Source: Gemmatales bacterium (lineage in GTDB: Bacteria; Planctomycetota; Planctomycetia; Gemmatales; HRBIN36). Taken from it: a DNA stretch of 38,431 nt. Positions 17,514 to 27,192 of this stretch are shown here, in pieces. How positions within the stretch are numbered: position 1 is the stretch's first letter; every line of letters begins with the position of its first letter. Made by a program: the position numbers and the translations under genes. The stretch is taken from assembly GCA_041640595.1 (NCBI GenBank), contig JBEPZY010000002.1, forward strand, positions 1-38,431. Reading direction: 5' to 3'. The notes under the pieces are model-generated. The model was given only the letters and a program-made list of their open reading frames with translations, made no database searches and had not been told where the DNA came from.

Positions 17514-20249
17514 ATGCGTCTAACGGGCAGCACTTTCTGGTTGGGGAGCTGTGGGGTTACTTTAGCGCTGCTGGCGACCTGCCTGGCACAGGAACCCCGC
17601 GATGCCGACAACATCATCCCGCTCACCTCTTCGATCGAGGAGTACCGCAACGCTCAAGTTTCCCTGGGCCAGGGGCAGAATGTCCAGGTGCACATTCCGT
17701 ATTGCCTGAGCGGAAGCAGTGCGCTCATTGTGTTTCCGGTCTGGTTGGTCGGTGAACAGGTGCACATCTGGGACGGAACCGACTGGAAATTACTGAATCC
17801 CCACGACGAGGTTCCGCCGCTGATAAGCGGTCAGCCGGTGCGATTGCGCTTCTTTCTGCGCAATTTGCTCAGTTCGGAGGAGGGTCGCCGAGCCGTTTAT
17901 GACTTGATCCGCAAACAGGTTGCCGAGCTGCGTGGCCTGAAGGGTGACCAACTTCGTCTGTACGAACCTCGGCTCGATAAGGAGCGGTTTCGTATGACTG
18001 TGTTCGTACCTCGGAGTGGCGAACGTCCCGACCCGCCGGTTTCGTTACCGGTGCGTCTGTCGGAGACGCTTTTCAGCGAACCAGACGGCCAGTTTGTGGA
18101 AGTGCCGCTGGACAGCGCCAGTCTTTTAGAATTGCGGCAGCAAATGTCCGGACAACCACTGCGGCTGATGGACTTGCGCCTGCGCATCCAGGGGCCTTTT
18201 CAGTCTCGCATGGAACAACTGCAATTGCTGGGGTCAGTAAAGTTCGTACAAACTCGGCTCGCTGATTTGCAGAATCAACTGCGGCCAAAGACGATCCCCA
18301 ATGCCCCGTCCCCTAGCTTGCTGATAGTTCCGCCGGTAGCCACTGGGGGGCATGCCCAGCAACAATTCGAGACGCGTGACTTGCTCGTACAGACGCTGGA
18401 AGTGCAGATTCTCACCCGCCAGGATTTCCACGACCGCGCTACCGTCAATTACCTGATCCAGCGCCTGCTCGACCATGCCCTGACCCAAGCGAAACTCAGT
18501 GACGAACAGGATAACAAAGTGGTAACCGTGCTCTTGAGCCAGCAAGCGGCGCTGACGGCTACCGTGGGAGAATTGCGCAAGATTTCGTTGAAAGACCGAA
18601 AGGAACGGGAAGCGGTTCTCAATACCCTTCTGGACAACTGGGAGGCTGAGCAAAGCGGCAAGCGCAGAGCGGGCCAGGTCAACTTACAGGCTGAATATCG
18701 TACACTGGGTATCGGTTTCAGGGGAGCCTTTGATGGAGCCGCAGAGGAAAGCGCGCAGCAAGCCAGAGCGCAATGGCGTAAGGAGCAAATGGAAACTCTC
18801 CACAGGTGTCTGGATGACCTGAGTAACCATTTCGAAGGGCGATTACCGACCTTGACTGGGATCAGCCTCGAACAGAAAAATCTGCTGGACGTCGGGAGAA
18901 ACCTCGAGGCGGAAATCAAGCAGAGCAAGTTCACCGTCGGTTGGGCGGAATATCGCTGGCCGGGTTTGTCTCCCAGTTTTTCACCCGGCGAAGTCCTTTT
19001 GAAAATCCGAAAGGAAGCCCAGGAGCTTTCGCTTCGCCAGCAGCAACTCGAGCAGGCCCGCAAAGACCTGGAAGAAACACTCGGCAAAGCCCAAGGTCTG
19101 AACAAGGAGCTGGGCGAAACGCGTGAAGAGCTCGACCGTATCGCCGCCAAACTGCGCCAGCTGGACAAAGAACTCGACCAGAACGACCTCCGTTCGCTGC
19201 GGAAGGAACTGGCTCAGCATCAGCGCGAACTTGGCCGCATCGCCGAAAACATAGGTCAAATGGAAAAGCAACTAGCCGGCCTGGATTCCCTGCGGAAGGA
19301 ACTGGGCGGATGCCGTGACCTGCTCAATAGCTTGTCAGGCAGGCTGGCCCGCCTTGAGGCGCGCAAACTTGATGTTGAATCAGCCGTGCTGTCAGTCGCG
19401 GTGACGCCCGATGGCCAATACGTCGTTTCGGGAAGTCATGACAAAACGGTGCGTTTATGGGAGCTGGCGACGGGGAAAGAAGTGCGGCGGTTCACGGGGC
19501 ACTCGGATTACGTCAATAGCGTCGCGGTGACACCCGATGGCAAGTACGTTGTTTCGGGAAGCGCGGACAAGACGGTGCGTTTGTGGGGGCTGGCGACGGG
19601 GAAAGAAGTGCGGCGGTTCACGGGGCACGAGGATTGGGTCAGGAGCGTCGCGGTGACGCCCGATGGCCAATACGTCGTTTCGGGAAGTGATGACGAAACG
19701 GTGCGTTTGTGGGGGCTGGCGAGGGGGAAAGAAGTGCGGCGGTTCACGGGGCACGAGGATTGGGTCTTGAGCGTCGCGGTGACGCCCGATGGCCAATACG
19801 TCGTTTCGGGAAGCGTGGACAAAACGGTGCGGGTGTGGGAGCTGGCGACGGGGAAGGAAGTGCGGCGGTTCACGGGGCACGAGGATTGGGTCTGCAGCGT
19901 CGCGGTGACGCCCGATGGCAAATACGTCGTTTCGGGAAGCGACGACAACACGGTGCGTTTGTGGGAGCTGGCGACAGGGCAAGAATTGCGGCGGTTCACG
20001 GGGCACGCTGGTTCTGTCTGGAGCGTCGCGGTGACGCCCGATGGCAAATACGTCGTTTCGGGAAGCGGGGACAAAACGGTGCGTTTGTGGGGGCTGGCGA
20101 GGGGGAAAGAAGTGCGGCGGTTCCCGGGGCACGAGGGTACGGTCTGGAGTGTCGCGGTGACGCCCGATGGCAAATATGTCGTTTCGGGAAGCCAGGACAA
20201 CACGGTACGCTTGTGGTACATCGGCGATTTGTTGACGCCGGGCAAGTAG
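17514..20249 (+). CDS. Signal-peptide protein with large N-terminal domain, coiled coil and seven near-identical WD40 repeats
   Basis: ATG 17514 with an AGGGGGA RBS and hydrophobic leader. A heptad-rich region precedes 7 x 42-aa SVAVTPDGxYVVSGSxDxTVRLW...EVRRFTGH repeats (126-bp period). Confidence 0.9.
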   Translation: MRLTGSTFWLGSCGVTLALLATCLAQEPRDADNIIPLTSSIEEYRNAQVSLGQGQNVQVHIPYCLSGSSALIVFPVWLVGEQVHIWDGTDWKLLNPHDEVPPLISGQPVRLRFFLRNLLSSEEGRRAVYDLIRKQVAELRGLKGDQLRLYEPRLDKERFRMTVFVPRSGERPDPPVSLPVRLSETLFSEPDGQFVEVPLDSASLLELRQQMSGQPLRLMDLRLRIQGPFQSRMEQLQLLGSVKFVQTRLADLQNQLRPKTIPNAPSPSLLIVPPVATGGHAQQQFETRDLLVQTLEVQILTRQDFHDRATVNYLIQRLLDHALTQAKLSDEQDNKVVTVLLSQQAALTATVGELRKISLKDRKEREAVLNTLLDNWEAEQSGKRRAGQVNLQAEYRTLGIGFRGAFDGAAEESAQQARAQWRKEQMETLHRCLDDLSNHFEGRLPTLTGISLEQKNLLDVGRNLEAEIKQSKFTVGWAEYRWPGLSPSFSPGEVLLKIRKEAQELSLRQQQLEQARKDLEETLGKAQGLNKELGETREELDRIAAKLRQLDKELDQNDLRSLRKELAQHQRELGRIAENIGQMEKQLAGLDSLRKELGGCRDLLNSLSGRLARLEARKLDVESAVLSVAVTPDGQYVVSGSHDKTVRLWELATGKEVRRFTGHSDYVNSVAVTPDGKYVVSGSADKTVRLWGLATGKEVRRFTGHEDWVRSVAVTPDGQYVVSGSDDETVRLWGLARGKEVRRFTGHEDWVLSVAVTPDGQYVVSGSVDKTVRVWELATGKEVRRFTGHEDWVCSVAVTPDGKYVVSGSDDNTVRLWELATGQELRRFTGHAGSVWSVAVTPDGKYVVSGSGDKTVRLWGLARGKEVRRFPGHEGTVWSVAVTPDGKYVVSGSQDNTVRLWYIGDLLTPGK

Positions 20250-20410
20250 CAGCCGGCCACCGGACCTCGAATGCTCAATGGCAGACGGTGGGCAGAGCCA
20301 GATGGCTCCGGGCCAGCGTGGCGTTCGCGATTACGCAGTCGCGTTGCGTTGCTGCAAGCCAGACCCAGGACAAACAATCCGGATCGTAGCCCACTGCGCG
20401 GCGTTTTCGG

Positions 20411-21826
20411 TTATGCAGTCGCGTTCGTGCAAGCCCGGCTGACCGCTTGAACCAGAAGCGAATCCTGTTCGGGAAAGACGCTGCGCAGGTCTAACAGAAC
20501 CAGGCCATCCTGAATGCGCGGGACGACGGGTGGGTCGGCGAGACGCAAAGCGCGAGCCAGTTCGGTGTCGCTTTGGCCGTGGGCTTTCAGGGCAATGACC
20601 ACGGTCGGGAAGGTTTGCTCCGGCAAAGACCCGCCCCCCACGGCGACACGGTCTTCCCACACCTCGACGTGAGCCAGGGCGGGTAACTGACGCAGCTGGT
20701 CGGCGATAGCCTGAGCGCGCCGACGCAGGGTTTCCAGGTCCTGTTCGAGCAGCCGCAGGATCGGCACTTCCTGCACGGCGCGGGTCGGGTCGAGATAAAG
20801 CCGCAGCGTCGCTTCCAGAGCGGCCAGGGTCATTTTGTCCAGCCGAAAGGCACGCATGAGCGGGTCTTTTTCGATGCGCTGGATGAGTTCGCGGCGACCG
20901 GCAATGATCCCGGCTTGCGGCCCGCCGAGCAATTTATCCCCGCTGAACAAAACCAGGTCAGCACCGATACGCAGACTCTCGGCAGGAGAAGGTTCGTCGC
21001 GGAAACCCCAGCGCGAAAAGTCCGCCAGGGCCCCACTGCCGATGTCGTCCACGAACCACAGCCCATGCTTGTGGGCCAGCTCAACCAGTTCGCTCAGCTC
21101 CGGTTTGTCGGTGTGGCCGCGAATGACGAAATTGCTGCGATGCACGCGGAGGATCAGAGCGGTCTGCGGCGAAATGGCCTGGGCGTAATCGCTCAAGCGG
21201 GTAATGTTGGTGGTGCCGACTTCGCGGAGGATGGCACCGCTGGCCTGCATAATTTCCGGCAGGCGAAAACTTCCGCCGATCTCCACCAGTTCACCGCGGG
21301 AGACGATCACTTCCCGCCCCTGTGCCAGGGCACGCAACACCAGTACGGTAGCGGCAGCGTTGTTGTTGACAGCGGTCGCGGATTCGGCCGGCAGCAAACG
21401 GGTCAGCCAGTGCCGCACAATTTCCTGCCGCGAGGAACGTTCGCCACTGGTCAGGTCCATTTCCAGGTTGACGTAGCCCCGAGCCGCTTCGCAGACCGCT
21501 TGCACCGCGCTGGCCGCCAGCGGTGCCCGACCCAGGTTGGTGTGTAAGAGAATGCCGGTGGCGTTGATGACGGCCCGCAAGCGAGGGCGTTCTTTTTGCT
21601 CCAGCCTTTCGCGTATCCGCTGCGGTAAGGTTTGCCGCTGGGCTGGCCAGTCGGGCAGTTCTCCCCGGCGGATTTTTTCCCGCAGGCAAGCGATTTCCTC
21701 ACGCACCGCTTCCGTAACCAGCGAGGCGGTATGCTCGGCCAGGAGCGCTTGCAATTCCGGCCAGGCCAGGATTTCGTGGATGGCAGGCAATTGCCGATAG
21801 GGATTGTCCGTCATGAGCATGCTCAC
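20411..21826 (-). CDS. selA: L-seryl-tRNA(Sec) selenium transferase
   Basis: Motifs VINATGILLHTNLGRAPL, VNNNAAA, SRGELVEIGGSFRLP, EVGTTN, FSGDKLLGGPQAG, RAFRLDK. Confidence 0.97.
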   Translation of the reverse strand: MSMLMTDNPYRQLPAIHEILAWPELQALLAEHTASLVTEAVREEIACLREKIRRGELPDWPAQRQTLPQRIRERLEQKERPRLRAVINATGILLHTNLGRAPLAASAVQAVCEAARGYVNLEMDLTSGERSSRQEIVRHWLTRLLPAESATAVNNNAAATVLVLRALAQGREVIVSRGELVEIGGSFRLPEIMQASGAILREVGTTNITRLSDYAQAISPQTALILRVHRSNFVIRGHTDKPELSELVELAHKHGLWFVDDIGSGALADFSRWGFRDEPSPAESLRIGADLVLFSGDKLLGGPQAGIIAGRRELIQRIEKDPLMRAFRLDKMTLAALEATLRLYLDPTRAVQEVPILRLLEQDLETLRRRAQAIADQLRQLPALAHVEVWEDRVAVGGGSLPEQTFPTVVIALKAHGQSDTELARALRLADPPVVPRIQDGLVLLDLRSVFPEQDSLLVQAVSRACTNATA

Positions 21827-21925
21827 GCATCGTCCCGACCCACGGCGGGTGGGTGTTCACGGCTGCTCAAATGCGCTGGGGCATTGCCGATGCCGCGAAG
21901 GGCAGCCCGGCAAGGGGCGTGAACG

Positions 21926-23884
21926 TCAGGGAGTGCGTGCAGGCTCTTGCTGGCCGGCTGGTGAGGGTAGCGGTTCGGCCAGGAAGCGGAGGTCGCCCTC
22001 GCGGCGGGTGAATCCCTGACGGTCGAGGTATTCGCACAGCGGCACGGCATATTTGCGGGTGGTTTGCAGCAGGTCGCGGATTTCCGATACCGTCAGACCG
22101 CGACCATCCTGCAATTTTTCCCGTAACAATTTTCGCATGGCCTGTTCGTGCTCGGCATGCAGATAAAGTTCGCCTTCAATGTGCACGAGTTCGCCCTCAG
22201 CGACACACAGTTCGAACAAATCGCGGAGTGCAGAAGCCTGGCCACCAGCTTCCGCAACGAAGCCGCTCAGTTCGGGCGGCTGAAAACGCGCCGCACGATA
22301 CGCTTGCACAATGCGTTCCTTGAGCTTGCGCTGTGCCGCGGAGAGTTTCGGCTTGAAATCGGCGCGGGCGATTCGCCGTTGGTCGCCCACCAGCTGGCCG
22401 CGTGCCAGCAGCACTTCCGTCACCGCATGCACCAGGTGTTCATCACCCACGTAGGCCAGTTGCGCTTCCACTTTACTGCGGTCGTGCCAGGACATGAGCG
22501 GATGCTCGGTGTGCAAGCGGTCGAGTGTTCCGAGCAGTCGCTGTGCCAGTTCTTCAAAGACCTCGACCTGCAGGGCTACGGTTTTGCCGGGAGCTACCGG
22601 CAGGTTCACCAGACGACCGCGTTCGACCAACCGCGTAAACGTTGGCTCGACCTGATCGAGAGACAATCCCGCCGACTGTACCAGGTCTGCCGGCTGCAAA
22701 CCCTGCCAGCCCTGGAACCAGGCGACCACGTCGGCACGGGTTTCGGCATCGCCTCGCCACAGCATTTCCAGCCGTTCGAGAGTATCGAGTCGGCCGCGAC
22801 GCAGTTTCTGCGCCAGCGGTTGCAACACCTGTCCGCCTCCCAGCGTGTGCGTTGCCGAGGGATCCCGCAGAACGAAAGGCTGACCCCAGCGGGCTACCGC
22901 AGCTTCGCGGAGAAACAATTGTGCCAGCCCCCATCGGTTCGCTTCCAGGCGATCGCTATCCAAAAGGGCCACCGTCCCCATTATCTCCGCCGTACCCAGA
23001 TGCAAGCGAACCTCAGCGCGATGCTTAATCGGATGGCGAATGTCGGGCAGAGCGTGCAGGCGAACCGTCAAAATTCGGCTGGGGCGAAGATAACCCGGAG
23101 TGGCCAGTTCGTGGCCACGTTCGATTTGCTCATGTTTAACGCCAGCCAGATTGATGGCCGCACGCATCCCCCGATGCACTTCCTCTACCGGTCGGTCATG
23201 GTTGTGCAGACCCCGGACTCGCAAGCGTTCGCCCACCGGTAACCATTCCACCTCCTCGCCAACACGAAGCCGACCGGAAGTGACCGAACCTGTCACCACC
23301 GTGCCGTGCCCGGCGACGGCAAACGACCGGTCAATGGCCATGCGGAAAATTTCCTCCCCCTGTCGATCTTCCACCTGGCTACACACCTGCCGCAACGCCT
23401 GTTTCAACTCTTCCAGGCCTTCCCCGGTTCGAGCCGAGGTGAACACCAGCGGGGCGTTTTCCAGAAACGTCCCCTGCACCAGTTCCCGTACTTCCAAGGC
23501 GACCACTTCCCGTGTGGTGTCATCCACGAGATCGGCTTTGGTAACCGCAATCACGCCAAAGCGCAGCCCCAATAACTGCAGGATTTCCAGGTGTTCGCGG
23601 GTTTGCGGCATAACGGAATCATCCGCTGCCACCACCAGCAGGGCCAGATCGATCCCGGTCGCTCCCGCCAGCATGTTTTTGATGAACCGCTCATGTCCGG
23701 GCACATCCACAATGCCCAGCCGATACTCGCCCAATTCCAGGTGGGCGAAACCAATGTCTATGGTGATGCCGCGCGCTTTCTCCTCCGGCAACCGATCGCA
23801 ATCAATGCCGGTCAGGGCCTTGATCAGCGAAGTTTTGCCGTGGTCAATATGGCCGGCCGTTCCGAGGATCAGTTCGCGTGGCAT
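21926..23884 (-). CDS. selB: Selenocysteine-specific elongation factor
   Basis: GTAGHIDHGKTSL, RGITIDIGF, DVPGHERF; C-terminal winged-helix motif TTRKYAVPLCEYLDRQGFTRREGDLR; adjacent to selA. Confidence 0.97.
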   Translation of the reverse strand: MPRELILGTAGHIDHGKTSLIKALTGIDCDRLPEEKARGITIDIGFAHLELGEYRLGIVDVPGHERFIKNMLAGATGIDLALLVVAADDSVMPQTREHLEILQLLGLRFGVIAVTKADLVDDTTREVVALEVRELVQGTFLENAPLVFTSARTGEGLEELKQALRQVCSQVEDRQGEEIFRMAIDRSFAVAGHGTVVTGSVTSGRLRVGEEVEWLPVGERLRVRGLHNHDRPVEEVHRGMRAAINLAGVKHEQIERGHELATPGYLRPSRILTVRLHALPDIRHPIKHRAEVRLHLGTAEIMGTVALLDSDRLEANRWGLAQLFLREAAVARWGQPFVLRDPSATHTLGGGQVLQPLAQKLRRGRLDTLERLEMLWRGDAETRADVVAWFQGWQGLQPADLVQSAGLSLDQVEPTFTRLVERGRLVNLPVAPGKTVALQVEVFEELAQRLLGTLDRLHTEHPLMSWHDRSKVEAQLAYVGDEHLVHAVTEVLLARGQLVGDQRRIARADFKPKLSAAQRKLKERIVQAYRAARFQPPELSGFVAEAGGQASALRDLFELCVAEGELVHIEGELYLHAEHEQAMRKLLREKLQDGRGLTVSEIRDLLQTTRKYAVPLCEYLDRQGFTRREGDLRFLAEPLPSPAGQQEPARTP

Positions 23885-24185
23885 CGTCGTCGCCTGTGGG
23901 TCTGCTCCATCCCTGCCCCAGTCGGTACAACCGGGGTCAAGCCGACATTGCTGGCTAAGGCACTTTTGGTGCTCGCCAGCCTCTCGCCATCATTGTAGTC
24001 TGCGGGAACCGGATCCGAGGAACTGTCCTCCAGCCCGCCCGTCGCGTTCAGCTCTTTAAGCCCGGCTGACGCAGCGCTGACTATGCACTTGCACGAACCA
24101 TGTCCCCTCACGGTCGCTACGATATTGCGGAGGGCATTTTCCAGCGACGCGCTTATGAACAGACAGGCCGCTTCGGAGGGCCGCC

Positions 24186-25577
24186 ATGCCGACGGTGATT
24201 CGTCTCGAAGAAGCCAGGCGCGATTACGAGCAGTATCGCTATCGCACACCGATCAAATTCGGGGGTGTCGCGTTTGATCGAGCGACGATCCTCAACGTCT
24301 GGCTGCGTGTCCGTGACCGCTCCGGTCGCACCGTGGTCGGCTTCGGTTCCATGCCGCTGGGCAATGTCTGGGCGTTTCCCTCACGGCAGCTCAGTTACGA
24401 CCAGACGCTCCAGATCATGCAGCGTTTAGCTGACCGTTTCTGCGACGAAGTGCCACGCCTGCAGGAGTTCGGTCATCCTGTCGAGCTTGGCCAGTTGCTG
24501 GAGGAACGGTTCCTGACGGCCGCACAGCAGGTACAAACCGATCTGCGTTTGCCGGAACCAATTCCGAAACTGGCGGTGCTGGTGGTGGGCAGTGCCTTCG
24601 ACGCTGCCGTCCACGATGCCTACGGCAAACTCCTCGACCGCAACGTCTATTCCTGTTACGGCCCGGACTGTTTGCCGGGCGATTTGTCGCGTTGGCTTGG
24701 CCAGGAGTTTCGCGGCGAAACGCTCCAGCAGTATCTGCAACGCCAGCCGAAAGAAGCCCTGCCACTTTACCATCTGGTCGGCGCACTCGACCCACTGGAA
24801 CCGGCCGAGGTGACACAACCGGTCGGCGACGGGTTACCTGAGACCCTCGCCGAGTGGATTCCGTACAACGGCCTGACCCACCTCAAAATCAAGCTCAATG
24901 GCGACGACCTGGCCTGGGATGTCGAGCGGGTGGTTCGCGTGGACCGGGTGGCTTCTGGCGTGCAGGCTCGGCGGGGCATCACTCAGTGGTGGTATTCCCT
25001 CGATTTCAACGAACGCTGCGGCAGTGTGGACTATTTGCTCGATTTCATGCATCAGTTGCGATCCCGTGCACCCCAGGCCTGGCTGCGTGTGCAATACATC
25101 GAGCAACCGACTCACCGCGACCTCAAGACAACCGGTCGGGTGGACCTGCACGCTGCTTCCCGTCTCAAGCCGATCGTTGCCGACGAAGCCCTGACCGACC
25201 TGGAAAGCCTGTATCTGGCCCGCGACCTGGGTTACACGGGAGTGGCTTTGAAAGCGTGCAAAGGGCAGACGCAATCGCTGCTGCTCGCCGCGGCCGCTCA
25301 AAAACTCGGCATGTTTCTGTGCGTGCAGGATTTGACCTGTCCTGGGGCGTCGCTGATCCATTCGGCAGGTCTGGCGGCTCATATTCCGCCCGTAACCGCC
25401 ATCGAAGCCAACGCTCGCCAGTATATGCCCCAGGCCAATCGCGGCTGGGAAGACCGTTTTCCCGGCATCTTCCGAATCACCGACGGACTCATGCGTACCG
25501 GTTGCCTGACCGGCCCCGGACTCGGTGCCGTTCCTCCCGCCGCCGAGCCATCGAACTGGCCAGCAACGCCCAACTGA
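24186..25577 (+). CDS. Enolase-superfamily (mandelate racemase/muconate cycloisomerase-like) enzyme
   Basis: HLKIKL, SLDFNE, YIEQP, VADEA, ALKACKG: the KxK and D/E/D metal-ligand pattern of the family. Confidence 0.8.
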   Translation: MPTVIRLEEARRDYEQYRYRTPIKFGGVAFDRATILNVWLRVRDRSGRTVVGFGSMPLGNVWAFPSRQLSYDQTLQIMQRLADRFCDEVPRLQEFGHPVELGQLLEERFLTAAQQVQTDLRLPEPIPKLAVLVVGSAFDAAVHDAYGKLLDRNVYSCYGPDCLPGDLSRWLGQEFRGETLQQYLQRQPKEALPLYHLVGALDPLEPAEVTQPVGDGLPETLAEWIPYNGLTHLKIKLNGDDLAWDVERVVRVDRVASGVQARRGITQWWYSLDFNERCGSVDYLLDFMHQLRSRAPQAWLRVQYIEQPTHRDLKTTGRVDLHAASRLKPIVADEALTDLESLYLARDLGYTGVALKACKGQTQSLLLAAAAQKLGMFLCVQDLTCPGASLIHSAGLAAHIPPVTAIEANARQYMPQANRGWEDRFPGIFRITDGLMRTGCLTGPGLGAVPPAAEPSNWPATPN

Positions 25578-25934
25578 TGAACACTAACCCAGCCTCCAAG
25601 TACATGCTTTGAACTTGTTCCGGTGTTCACGGCACCGACCCAGCGAACGATGCGTGGTCAGCGAATTGCCCGGCTGCAACCGTCGCCCAGTGCAAGAGCA
25701 TTGACGCTGGGATCCGCCGCCAAGGCAGATAGTTTCCGGAGCCACTACCCGCAGCTCGGAGAACTCTTACTTCCATCTGCCGATTCTCGCAGCACCATCC
25801 CCGACTTGTCCAAATCTCGTTCCGCGTTAGCATATATACGCAGGGTCAGCGACCGACTCAGATTTTCGTAACACCGCTCCGACGCGGGTGACCCTCAGAC
25901 TTCGCCTCCCCGGTTCGCAATCGCCCGATCAATA

Positions 25935-26045
25935 ACGGGCGAGCTAGATAAATGGTCGCTGACCGCTGAAACTCACCGGCCTGGTAGACAACGAGGTCTG
26001 GGTCGGGAACGGGTGAGCTAGATAAATGGTCGCTGACGCTGAAAC
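25935..26045. repeat. Pair of ~38-bp direct repeats, 74-bp period, upstream of tRNA-Val
   Basis: ACGGGCGAGCTAGATAAATGGTCGCTGACCGCTGAAAC and ACGGGTGAGCTAGATAAATGGTCGCTGAC-GCTGAAAC. Confidence 0.8.
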
Positions 26046-26086
26046 GCCGCAGCGCAGTCCGCACAGCCTTCGGCTTTCCGAATAAA

Positions 26087-26158
26087 GGGCGCTTAGCTCA
26101 GTGGGAGAGCACTGCCCTTACAAGGCAGGGGTCGCAGGTTCGAACCCTGCAGCGCCCA
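26087..26158 (+). tRNA. tRNA-Val (anticodon TAC), CCA not encoded
   Basis: GGGCGCT acceptor stem pairing with AGCGCCC; D arm TAGCTCAGTGGGAGAGC; anticodon arm CTGCC-CTTACAA-GGCAG; T loop GGTTCGAACC. Confidence 0.96.
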
Positions 26159-26356
26159 CTGGACGATTGTACACTAAGTTGCACGGAGTGCTAAGTAGCG
26201 ATACGGACGTAACTTGCGGTTGGGTGTTATTTTGGCAGTAGCGCTCTATATCGCTGGATAACGCCGTTTGGTGCTGCGCTTTTTGCTGCGCCTGGATTTT
26301 TGCGCTCTGCATTGTCGGAATTTCGTTGCCTTGCTGGTTCTGGACATGCTGGCTCC

Positions 26357-26641
26357 GGGCGGCTGCGGTATCGCCGACGGTTGCGGATCGGATGCGTTTT
26401 CTTGGTAACTAAAGTGCGTGCGCCAATCCCGGGCAGCCACTGGTATTGCCGACGGTTGCAGATCGGATTCGTTCTGCTGGTAAGCAAAGTGCGTCCGGCA
26501 AGCGTGGGCGGCTGCGGGTATTGCTGACGGTTGCGGGTCGGATTCGTTCTCTTGGTAGCTAAAGTGCGTCCGGCAATCCTGGGCAGTCAACGGTGTTGTG
26601 GACGGTTGCAGATCGGACGGATTCCCTTGCTAACTAAAGCG
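26357..26641. repeat. 75-bp tandem repeat, ~4 degenerate copies
   Basis: GACGGTTGC recurs at 26376, 26451, 26526 and 26601, with conserved GATCGGA and AAAGTGCGT blocks. Confidence 0.85.
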
Positions 26642-26706
26642 TTGAAGGCAACCCTGCCTGACTCATCCGCGGTTTTGCTATGGGCGGGCTACTTCGCAAC
26701 ACATTG

Positions 26707-26830
26707 CCGAACAATCGCTTACAAAAAGTCCTATTTCCAGCCTCGGCCAGAGGCGTCTCGGATCGCCGATGCCCCCGTGTCCGAACAATCGCTTACAAAA
26801 AGTCCTATTTTCGGCCTCGGGCATGGGGCG
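26707..26830. repeat. 30-bp exact direct repeat pair (74-bp period)
   Basis: CCGAACAATCGCTTACAAAAAGTCCTATTT at 26707 and 26781. Confidence 0.8.
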
Positions 26831-27192
26831 CTGACATCGCTGCGGCGTTCAGCTAAGCCGATGGTAGCCAACCCCATGTCTGGCGGTGGCGGGGTCTTTT
26901 CCAAAAACCGAAGAAGCTCAGGCGGGTCTTACGTGCTCCAGGTGTCCCAGAAAAACAGGCGTCCGACGTAACCAGGATCATTCCAGACCAGCATCATCCC
27001 AGGGCCTCACATCCAACGTGGTATCCACGAAAACGATGATATCCTCCATGTACTGACTGGTGGCGTCTTCCCTCACATCCAACGTGGCATCCGCAAAAAC
27101 CGGAGATAAGTCAGCCCCTCTGCTCGTTGCCGGGCCAGATGGCTGAGCTATACTGGCCACAGACCGAGACAGCCTCGTTCAGGAGCCGGGCC

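Noticed and set aside
19381..20220. Diversity-generating retroelement as the source of WD40 variation
   Set aside because: There is no reverse transcriptase or template repeat in the window, and the changes are not confined to adenines.
22148..24059. Long plus-strand ORFs (364 aa and 319 aa)
   Set aside because: They are antisense to selB, as expected in high-GC DNA.
24041..24070. Short similarity (GTCGCGTTC...AAGCCCGGCTGAC) to the selA terminal codons upstream of selB
   Set aside because: Only two short blocks with different spacing, which could be chance in GC-rich sequence.
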